Positions 52,628 through 64,000 of a stretch of DNA of 64,000 nucleotides are shown in pieces. The notes under the pieces are model-generated. The model searched no databases, was not told where the DNA came from, and was given only the letters and a program-made list of their open reading frames with translations. The DNA comes from an uncultured Chloroflexia bacterium. Its GTDB lineage: Bacteria > Chloroflexota > Limnocylindria > QHBO01. The number at the start of each line of letters is the position of its first letter. Position 1 is the first letter of the stretch. The stretch covers positions 95,776-159,775 of the forward strand of contig CAWHAZ010000007.1 in assembly GCA_963827475.1 (NCBI GenBank), written 5' to 3'. The position numbers and the translations under genes are program-made.

Positions 52628-53848
52628 GTGACCGCGCCCGCCGTCGGCGCCGCGACCCGGCCGAACCTGACCCTGGGCCTGCTGGCGCTCGCCCATTCGC
52701 TGATCCACATGCAGTCGGCGCTCATGCCGCTGGTGTACATCGCGGTCATCGACCAGTTCGGGCTGGACGAGGCCGCCATCGGCCTGTTCATCGGGGTCAC
52801 CACCGCCATCGCCGGCGCCATGCAGCTGTCGTACGGGTTCCTGACCCGCTACATCGCCCGCCCGGTGCTCATCGGGGTCGGGCAGCTCGTGTTCGGGGTC
52901 AGCCTGATGCTGGCGGGGTTCGCCACGAGCATCGGTCAGCTGCTGGCGGCGATCAGCGGTGCCCGTGTCGGCGCCAGCCCGCAGCACCCGGTGGGCAACG
53001 GAATCCTGTCCGACGCCTTCCCGCCGGAGCGGCGCGGGTTCGCGATCAGCACCCACATCGCCGGCGGCAACGTGGGGACCATCCTCGTCCCGTTCATCGG
53101 TGGCGCCTTGCTGGCCACGGTGGGCTGGAACATCACCCTGCTGCTGTTCGGCATCCCGCCGCTGCTGGTCGGGGCGCTGGTCCTGTGGTTCGTCCGCGAG
53201 GACACGACGGCCTACCGCCGCCAGGCCCGTGAAGCGGGGAGCTGGACCGGGCAGGTGCGGGCGGTCCTGGGGCGGAGCGACCTGATGAGGATCCTCGCCG
53301 CGTCCGTGGTCTCGGCCGGGGGCCGCGGGCTCGACATCGCCGCCCCGTTCCTGCTCCTCTACTTCCGCGCCGAGCTGGGGATCGACGAGTCCACCGTCCT
53401 CTGGCTCTATGCCCTGCTCCTGGTCGGGGCCGTCGTCGGTCCGGTCCTGGCCGGCATCCTGTCGGACCGATACGGGCGGCGGCGGACCCTGATCTGGTAC
53501 TACGCCCTGTCCTCGGTCGGCATCCTGTCCGTGGTATTGGCCGGCGGCAACCTGCTGCTCCTGGCGCCGCTGCTCCTACCGTTCGGCACGGCCGTGTTCA
53601 GCGAGGGACCGATCCTCCAGGCCTTCCTGGCCGACCGGGCGGTGGGGCCGCTGCGCGACGTCGCGTTCTCGATCTACTTCACCGCCGCGTTCGGGATCGG
53701 AGCGCTGTGGGCGCTCGTGATCGGCGCCATCGTGGCCGGCCCGGGGTACGTGCCCGCGTTCGTGGTGATGGCCGTCTCCTACGTCGCCGGCGCGGTGCTC
53801 ATCTCCTCGGTCCGCGACCGCCCCCCGGACGTGCTGGTCGAGGCGTAG
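52628..53848 (+). CDS. MFS transporter (FSR-like)
   Basis: ~12 TM helices; HPVG, RRGFAISTHIAGGNVG, GILSDRYGRR. Confidence 0.87.
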   Translation: MTAPAVGAATRPNLTLGLLALAHSLIHMQSALMPLVYIAVIDQFGLDEAAIGLFIGVTTAIAGAMQLSYGFLTRYIARPVLIGVGQLVFGVSLMLAGFATSIGQLLAAISGARVGASPQHPVGNGILSDAFPPERRGFAISTHIAGGNVGTILVPFIGGALLATVGWNITLLLFGIPPLLVGALVLWFVREDTTAYRRQAREAGSWTGQVRAVLGRSDLMRILAASVVSAGGRGLDIAAPFLLLYFRAELGIDESTVLWLYALLLVGAVVGPVLAGILSDRYGRRRTLIWYYALSSVGILSVVLAGGNLLLLAPLLLPFGTAVFSEGPILQAFLADRAVGPLRDVAFSIYFTAAFGIGALWALVIGAIVAGPGYVPAFVVMAVSYVAGAVLISSVRDRPPDVLVEA

Positions 53849-54257
53849 CCCTCGACTTCGAGGCCGCTTCCTTCTCGAACCGATTGCCGCGGTACGGGTT
53901 CTGGCCGTGGAGCAGGGCGGACAGGCTCGACGCCGCGTAGGCGAACGGGAAGCCAATGCCCAGGCGCTCGTACTGGGTCACGTGGACCCGCTCGTGGGCA
54001 CGGCTGGACTCCAGCGCGCTGGCCGACGCGCCCAGGACGACGTGGCCGAGGGTCAGCGCGCCGGCTCCGCCCCGTCCGACCGGCACGCGGGCCAGGCCAC
54101 GTCGCACGATCCCGCCGTGGGCCTCGATCACGCCGCTGACCAGCGCGACCCGGCCGCCGGTCAGCAGGGCGAGGACGGCGAACACGGCACCGACCAGCGT
54201 CATCGGGAGCGCCCAGAGGACGGCCAGCAGCCGGCGAGACGGGGAGTGGTTCGGCAC
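53799..54257 (-). CDS. Hypothetical membrane protein with HExxH (DUF4157-like); C-terminal end uncertain
   Basis: ALTLGHVVL, AHERVHVTQYE, YRGNRFEKEA; TACCCT 7 nt upstream of GTG. Confidence 0.65.
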   Translation of the reverse strand: MPNHSPSRRLLAVLWALPMTLVGAVFAVLALLTGGRVALVSGVIEAHGGIVRRGLARVPVGRGGAGALTLGHVVLGASASALESSRAHERVHVTQYERLGIGFPFAYAASSLSALLHGQNPYRGNRFEKEAASKSRATPRPARPGGGRGPRR

Positions 54258-54352
54258 GAGCGGCAGGGTAGCCGACGGCTAGAATCCGGCCGAAGCCCGG
54301 AACGGCCCGGCCGCCCCGCCTGAATCGCCCCCGCTCACAGGAGCGCCTTCCG

Positions 54353-56326
<1,974 letters not shown>

Positions 56327-56339
56327 GGTCCTCCACGGC

Positions 56340-57193
56340 GTGAACCCGGACGAGGTCGTCGGCTTCCTGGAGGCGCACTGGTTCGCCCTCATCTTCTGGA
56401 GCGTTGTCGCGCTCATCGTCTTCCGCCTCGTCCGGCCGGTCGTGGACCGGATCGGGGAGCGGATCATCCGCAGCCGCGAGAAGCAGGGCATCGATCCGGC
56501 CGAGCTGAACGAGCTCCGCAAGCGGCTGTCCACCATCGAGGACCTCGTATCCAAGCTGCTGCGGGCGGCGGTCCTCTTCGTCATCGTGGTCGTGCTCCTG
56601 ACCCTGCTCGACCTGGTGTCCGTCGTCGTGGCCCTGGGTGTCGTGTTCGCCGGCCTGGCCATCGCCGGCCAGAGCATCGTGCTCGACTACCTGATGGGCA
56701 TCCTCATCCTGGTCGAGGGCCAGTTCTACGTCGGCGACTGGGTGAGCATCGCCACCAACAACGTGGTGGTATCCGGGACGGTGGAGGAGATCGGCCTGCG
56801 GCGGACGATCCTGCGCGACGTGTCGGGCACGGTGCACTCGGTGTCGAACGGCGAGGTCCGGGTGTCCTCCAACCTGACCCGGGTCTACGCCGTCCTCCAG
56901 GTGGAGATCCCGCTCGTGCCCGAGGCCGACCTCGAAAAGGCGATCGGGGTCACCAACCGGGTCGGGGCCGAGATGTACGCCGATCCGGAGTGGTCGACCC
57001 GGCTCCTCGAGGCGCCCGCGCTACGCGTCGATTCCCGGCGGTCAGCGATCTGGGAGTCACGCTGCGCGCCGCCGGTCGAGTCCAGGGCGCGGACCGCTTC
57101 ACGTCCGCTTCCGAGCTCCGGCGGCGCCTGCTGAACGCCTATGCCGCGGAGGGCATCTCCGTCGCCCAGCGCCTCCGCCCGCCGGCGCCGTGA
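56340..57193 (+). CDS. mscS: Small-conductance mechanosensitive channel (frameshift ~57030)
   Basis: GILILVEGQFYVGDWV, GTVEEIGLRRTILRD..G.VHSVSNG. Confidence 0.85.
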
Positions 57194-57420
57194 GCGGCTA
57201 CGATGCGCCTCGCATGACCCGTTGGCCGCGCTCCCGCCGCGTCATCCTGGCCGTTGTCAGCAGCGCCCTGTGGTTGGGCTACATGGTCATCGGCCTGTGG
57301 CTGATCAACGAGCTGTTCCCGACCGTCGAGGGACAGGGGCCTGCCGGCACGGCAGCCTTCATCGGTCTGCTCAGCGGCTTCTTCCTGACCGGGATCATCA
57401 TGTGGGCCGCCTCCGACTGA
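57190..57420 (+). CDS. Small 2-TM membrane protein
   Basis: Two hydrophobic helices; overlaps the mscS stop. Confidence 0.55.
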   Translation: MSGYDAPRMTRWPRSRRVILAVVSSALWLGYMVIGLWLINELFPTVEGQGPAGTAAFIGLLSGFFLTGIIMWAASD

Positions 57421-57445
57421 CCGCGGCACGGCCGCGACCGAAGGC

Positions 57446-58670
57446 TCAGCCGAAGGCGACGCCCTCGAGGTCTGCCGATGGCTTCACGTCCGGCTGGCGC
57501 ATCATCCGGAACGAGGTGACCAGCCCGAGCAGGGCGGCGATCAGCGGGACGAGCAGCGCCGCCTGGAGGGCCAGCGGCCGGGCCTCGGTGTTGATCCGGA
57601 TGATCTCGTCCTGGATCTCCTCCGGCTGCCCGACGAGCAGCTCCTCGAGCGCGGTGTTGCTCATGAGCTGCGCGTCCTCCTCCAGGACCGCCGCGACCTG
57701 CTCCTTCTCATCGGGTGGCAGGACGGTGCTCGACTGGGTCATGTTGGTGAAGGTCAGCGAGAGCACGGCCAGCATGAGGCCGCCGGCCATGGCCAGCCCG
57801 AATGACAGCCCGAACGACCCCGCGGCGGAGTTCACGCCGGCGGCCTCGCTGATCCGCTCTTCGGAGATCGGTGCCAGCGTGTAGTTGTTGAGCTGGGACA
57901 CGAGCAGGCCGAGGCCCGCGCCGGCGATCAGGAGCGGGATGGTGAGCCACCAGCCGGTGTCCGCGCGTGGCACGATCGGGCAGGAGCGCCAGCATCCCGA
58001 TGCTCAGGAGCGCGAATCCCGCACGGATGATGGCGGCCGGCCGTCGGTTCCCCGCTCGGCGGCCGGCCAGCAGGGCGACCGCGAACATCGTGAGCGACAG
58101 CGGCGCAAGGGACAGGCCCGTCTGCAGCGCGCTGTACTCGAGCACCATCTGCAGGAAGATCGGCAGCGCGATCATGGCCCCACCCAGGGAGACCTGCTGC
58201 AGCCCCTGACCACTGATCCCGAGACGGAAGATCTTGGACCGGAACAGGTCCGGGTCCAGAAGGGTGAGCTTGCCGGCCTGCTTGCGCCGGAGCAGCCACC
58301 AGGCGAGCAGCCCGAGCGAGATGGCGCCGATGACCATCAACGCGCCAACGGCCTCGCCGCCCTCCTGCCAGACGAGGATGCCCAACACGACGCCGCCCAT
58401 GCCGACCACCGAGAACAGGGCTCCGACCAGGTCAATGCCCTTCTCCCCGGTGAACGGCACCTCACGGATCATCCGGATGTTCAGCAGCACGACTGCGATC
58501 ACGACCAGCTCCAGTGCGAAGCCCACCCGCCACGACAGAAACGTGGTGATGAAGCCACCGACCAGCGGCCCGACCGCGGCCGCGATGGCCGCCGCTGCCC
58601 CGACCAGGGCGTACACCTTCTTCTGGGTCGCCCCCTCGAAGTTGCCGTGAATGAGCGATTGCATGGCCGG
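57446..58670 (-). CDS. DHA2-type MFS transporter, 5' part missing (cut at junction; frameshift ~57975)
   Basis: Begins mid-protein at [11 protein letters not shown]; [21 protein letters not shown]. Confidence 0.8.
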
Positions 58671-58672
58671 CC

Positions 58673-59212
58673 ATGAAATTAAGCCGCAACGATCTCGCCG
58701 AAGTCCGCAATCACAAAATCGGGTTCGTCTTTCAAGGGTTCAACCTCCTGTCGCGCACTTCCGCGCTCGACAACGTCGAGCTGCCGCTGCTCTACACGGA
58801 CAAAACGATGAAGGCGTCCGAGCGCCATGCGCGCGCGATGGCCGCGCTGAAGGCGGTCGGCCTGGGCGAGCGCGCGCATCATCATCCCAACCAGCTCTCG
58901 GGCGGCCAGCAGCAGCGCGTCGCGATCGCGCGCGCGCTCATCAATCAGCCGTCGTTGATTCTTGCCGACGAGCCGACCGGCAACCTCGACTCGCGAACCA
59001 GCGTCGAGGTCATGGGCATCTTTCAGCGGCTGAATGCCGAGCAGGGCATCACCGTTCTGCTGATCACGCACGAGCACGACATCGCGGAATACGCCACGCG
59101 CATCGTCGCCTTCCGCGACGGCCGCATCGTCAGCAATCAGCCGGTCGACAAACCGGCGCAATGCGGACACAGAGCTGGCCTCGATGCCGGCTGCTTCGAG
59201 TGTAAGGGGTAA
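58673..59212 (+). CDS. MacB/LolD-type ABC ATPase, 5' part missing (no Walker A)
   Basis: [43 protein letters not shown]; Walker A absent upstream. Confidence 0.85.
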   Translation: MKLSRNDLAEVRNHKIGFVFQGFNLLSRTSALDNVELPLLYTDKTMKASERHARAMAALKAVGLGERAHHHPNQLSGGQQQRVAIARALINQPSLILADEPTGNLDSRTSVEVMGIFQRLNAEQGITVLLITHEHDIAEYATRIVAFRDGRIVSNQPVDKPAQCGHRAGLDAGCFECKG

Positions 59213-59249
59213 GGCGAAACTTATCCTGATTACAGGTCGAGGATCACCC

Positions 59250-60470
<1,221 letters not shown>

Positions 60471-60525
60471 CGACAACAGAAACAGGAGTCAAGATTCTTA
60501 TCAATTCTCCTGATCTTCTCTCCTG

Positions 60526-60961
60526 TCAAAAGCTCGAGAGATCTTTGCCGCGTGACCGGATCGATCATATCCGGTGCGATTTCGGCGAGCGGCCCCAGGA
60601 CGAATTCGCGCTCCCTGAATCGCGGGTGAGGAACGGAAAGGCCGTCCTCGTCGATGATCTCCTCGCCGTACAGGATCAGATCGAGATCGAGCGTGCGCGG
60701 CGCCATGGGATAGGGCCGGATCCTTCCCCGCTCTTCTTCTATCTCCAGCAGGCGATCGAGCAGATGCGCGCGGCAAGCTGCGTCTCCCGACGACCGCCGC
60801 ATTCAGATACACGCCATGCTCGGGCCCGACGCCGACGGGTTCGGTTTCGCGGAATGACGACACGCTGATATCGGTCAGGTCGAGCTGCAGAGCGTCGATG
60901 GCGTATCGAGATGCGCGCGCCGGTCGCCGAGGTTGCTGCCCAGCGAGATGGCGACGCGCAC
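60526..60961 (-). CDS. folK: 6-hydroxymethyl-7,8-dihydropterin pyrophosphokinase (frameshifted; ends approximate)
   Basis: ISLGSNLGDR, ETEPVG, YLNAAV, PRTLDLDLILY, VPHPR..REFVLGPLAEIAP. Confidence 0.85.
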
Positions 60962-60985
60962 CGGGTCTACGTATTTCGTAAAAAT

Positions 60986-60998
60986 GGGGTCTGACCCC
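60986..60998. repeat. Short palindromic repeat GGGGTCTGACCCC
   Basis: Identical copy at 62556-62568. Confidence 0.65.
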
Positions 60999-61479
60999 TA
61001 GTTCTTCGGTCGTGCGGCCATCACCTTCCGCGCAGGACTTTGCCATCCGAATGGCGGCCGAGGAGATCGGCGCGGCCCTCAGCGGCCTGCTGGAGGACAC
61101 GCAGGTGCTCCTTCATCTCTCCCAGAATCAATTCGCAGCATTTTACGGTGGCGCGCGTTGGTCACCCCGCCAACACGCGGCGTCCAGCGCTCGATGAAGC
61201 CTCCTGGTACTGCGGGCATCAGAATCGATCAGCGATCTGGCGCTATCACGTGAGGCCTTGCGGCTCACCTGGTCGGCCGATTCGGCCGGCGCCCCGCCGA
61301 GGGCGGCGATGGCATCGCGCCAGCCACCGCAGGTGCTCGTCTTGCCGGCCGAGCACCTGCTGATAGCCGTTGTTGGCGTCGTAGGCCGTGACCGTCTGCG
61401 CAGCGCCTGCAGCGCGTTGAACAGCTCCTGCGTGTCGCGATGAAATCGTTAAGGAACTCAGCAGTTCGGCTGGGCTCAC
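60998..61479 (-). CDS. Hypothetical (possibly ferritin-like) protein, heavily frameshifted
   Basis: GTG overlaps the DksA stop; YDANNGYQQVLGRQDEHLRWL; TAG at 60998-61000. Confidence 0.5.
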
Positions 61480-61811
61480 GAATTCTGCTTCGCCTTGCAG
61501 GTAATGCAGACGCGCGTCCAGGGGATCGCATTCAGCCGGGCCTCGGCAATCGGCTCGCCACAATCGCGGCAGACGCCGTAGGTGCCTTTCTGAATTCGCT
61601 CGAGCGCCTCCTCGATCGCCTGCAGAATCTTCGCGTCGGTCTGCTTGAGCTTCAGCTGAATGTGGACTTCGTTGTTGCCGGTCGCCTGATCGGCCAGGTC
61701 TCCCTGGCGCGTGTTGGTGTCGAGCGTCACGGTAAGCGGATCGCGGCCGCCGCCCGAGAGGATGTCCCCCCGTTTGCGCAGCAGCATCTCTTTGAAGGTC
61801 GTTACGTCCAT
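61476..61811 (-). CDS. DksA/TraR C4-type zinc finger protein
   Basis: DLADQA coiled-coil tip; YGVCRDCGEPIAEARLNAIPWTRVCITCK. Confidence 0.9.
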   Translation of the reverse strand: MDVTTFKEMLLRKRGDILSGGGRDPLTVTLDTNTRQGDLADQATGNNEVHIQLKLKQTDAKILQAIEEALERIQKGTYGVCRDCGEPIAEARLNAIPWTRVCITCKAKQNS

Positions 61812-61830
61812 AGCCAACCCTCTATTTTAG

Positions 61831-64000
61831 CTATTCGGCCCGGAGTGCCGCAAGCGGCTTGCGTTTCAAGACGTCGGCGCTCGCAGCGACACCAATGACC
61901 ATGATGAGCACCGAGGTCACTACCGTACCGATGAGTTTTCGTGGAGCGCCGGCCGCCAGGGATGTCGAGCGCGAATCGGCTGACGCCCCATCCCAGCGCG
62001 AGCGCGCCGAACGAACCGACTGCGCCCGCAAGCGTACCCAGCAGGCCGTACTCGACCATCAGCATCGCCGCGATGGCGCGCGAGCTGGCGCCCAGGGTCT
62101 TGAAAATGGCTGCCTCGTAGACGCGCTGAAACTTCGTGACGGCGACCGCGCCAACAGGATAAGACCGCCTGTCAGGACCACCAGGCTGCCGACGACGTCA
62201 ATGGCGACGGTCACGACCTGAAAGACCTTGCGAACGGACTCGAGCAGCTCGCGCAGGTCGATGACGGAGACGTTCGGAAACCACACCACCAGTCGTGCGT
62301 GAGCTCGTCCCGCTGCGACGGGTCCGCTAGGTTCGCGCGGACGCGCGAAGAACCAGTGCGGGGCGCCTTCGAAGGTGCCGGCGCCGAACACGAACATGAC
62401 GCCACCGCTGCGCCCCTCCCGCCACTCGACACGGCGGATGCCGCTGACGCGCGCGTCAATCGCGCGCCCGAGCACGTCGAACCGCATGACGTCTCCAACC
62501 CCGATACCGAACCGCTCGACGACGCCTTCCTCAATCGACACTTCTGGAAGGTCCTGGGGTCTGACCCCTGTACCGGTACGGGGGTCGGACCCGACGCACT
62601 GGGATTCGGGAAGCGCCCTTGACCAGCGTCTCGTTGGGCTCCAGCTGTCCGCGATACGTAATCGTGTACTCGCGCGACAAGCGGCCTCGTCCCTGGAGGT
62701 CCTCCACCTCGTCGAGATTCACGCCCTTGCCGGTGACCCCGCGCGCAGCACGGGAATGAAGAGCGGCTGAGATTCCGGCGGCAGCCGCTCGGCAAGAAAC
62801 GCCTTCATCTCGGCACCTGGTCCTGCTGAATGTCGACGAGAAACAGGTCGGGCGCGTTTTCGCCGATCTGCAAGCGCGAACTGATTGAGCAGGGTCACCT
62901 GCAAGCCGCGCACGCCCATGATGAAGAACGTGCCGAGGCCTACCGTCAGAAGAATGACACGCGTCTGATTTCCCGGCCGGCTAGATGCAGCACCGCCTGC
63001 CGCATCGGGAACCACGCGACGCGCCAGCGGCCTCGTCATCCGCGTAAGCAGCATGCCGACGCCATGGAGCACGAGCGTCAGCCCGATGAAACCTGCGCAC
63101 ACGCTCAGGCCCACGTGATCGATGCCGCCTGCCACGCGGCCAGCGCGACGAGCGCCGAGGCGACGCCGGCTGTGGCCGCGATCTGCACCCAATCTAGCCG
63201 GCGTGCGGCCGTTTCGTGCCGGAGCAGCAGGGCCGGTTTCACCTGCCGCACTTCGAGCAGCGGCACCATGGCGAAAAGCAGTGACACGAGCACCCCGACC
63301 CCGATCCCCTGCGCCGCCGCAGACCACGAGAGGGCGTAGACAACCGAGAGCGTGCCGATCTGATTCAAGTCTTCGGGAATCGCCGCGATCGCAATCCCCG
63401 CGAGGGCGACACCGATCACGCTGCCGATGAGCCCAGCGCGAGCGACTGAAGCAGATAGACGCTGAGGATCTGACGACTCGTCCCACCGACACATTTCATG
63501 ACCGCGATGCTCTTGATCTTCTGTCGCACGAAAACACGCGTGACGCTCGACACGGCGATGCCTCCCAGCACGACGATGACGAGCCCGACGAGGCTGAGGT
63601 AGTTTTCTGCCCGTTCGAAGTCCTCGCCGATCTGCTCCTGCCGATCGCGATAACACCGCACGCGCACGAATGCCGTCTCAAGTCGCGCTCCGAGTCCCGC
63701 CCGAGCGCATCGATTTCGCTTCGGGCACGCGAAGCAGCATCTGCCGCGACACACGGCTGCCTAACGTGAGCAGGCCGGTCCCGTCGAGATCGTCGTAGTC
63801 GATCAGCACGCGTGGGCCGAGACTGAACGCGCTGAGCGACCGACCCGGTTCGTTCGCGATGAGGCCGCGAACAGCGAAGGCGATTTGCCAATCGCGATCG
63901 TCCCCCACGGACGCCGAGCTGCGCAAGCAGCTCCGGCCTCACAAGCGCGCCATTGTCTTCAAGCAGCCGATGCGAATACGGCTCCCGTCCTGCAAGGTGA
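61831..64000 (-). CDS. FtsX/YbbP-like ABC permease, partial and heavily frameshifted
   Basis: FSLGPRVLI, YLSLVGLV..VLGGIAV, IAVMKCVG, RPGNQT, EYGLLGTLAG, LKRKPLAALRAE. Confidence 0.8.
62556..62592. repeat. Composite palindrome (two GGGGTC-N-GACCC units around GTACCGGTAC) inside the permease gene
   Basis: GGGGTCTGACCCCT-GTACCGGTAC-GGGGGTCGGACCC. Confidence 0.65.

Noticed and set aside
58662-58675. Junction palindrome as an att site or transposon end
   Set aside because: No integrase/transposase or matching second end in the window, and both flanking genes are truncated housekeeping-type transporters; a chimera is more parsimonious.

Overview
High-GC bacterial sequence with many single-base frameshifts, most likely long-read or low-coverage consensus errors. 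It appears to be two different genomes joined at ~58,670. Left part (1-58,670; inferred Chloroflexota/Actinomycetota-like soil bacterium) carries a ppk1-CYTH/CHAD-NUDIX polyphosphate operon, an ECF sigma/anti-sigma pair with two identical divergent promoters, and pntAB. It also carries a dispersed reductive pyrimidine-catabolism set (NMT1/THI5-type ABC importer, class III aminotransferase, ureidopropionase-like nitrilase, dihydropyrimidinase) in which a Mer-like LLM oxidoreductase sits where a dihydropyrimidine dehydrogenase would be expected. Further features are cofD-cofC-cofE with more F420-type enzymes, an M6 (InhA-like) protease, hom-asd, an LtaS-like transferase / 'YIDPG' microprotein / kinase-like+methyltransferase (NoeA-like) module, DUF885 and M19 peptidases, MFS transporters, acs and mscS. 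Many genes appear leaderless (TANNNT 6-7 nt before the start codon). Right part (58,670-64,000; inferred Acidobacteriota/Vicinamibacteria-like) has a 5'-truncated MacB/LolD ATPase, a MacB-type permease, folK, a DksA/TraR gene, a YbbP-like permease and GGGGTC-N-GACCCC palindromic repeats. No rRNA, tRNA, CRISPR array or transposase was recognised. All family calls come from reading motifs; no database searches were run.
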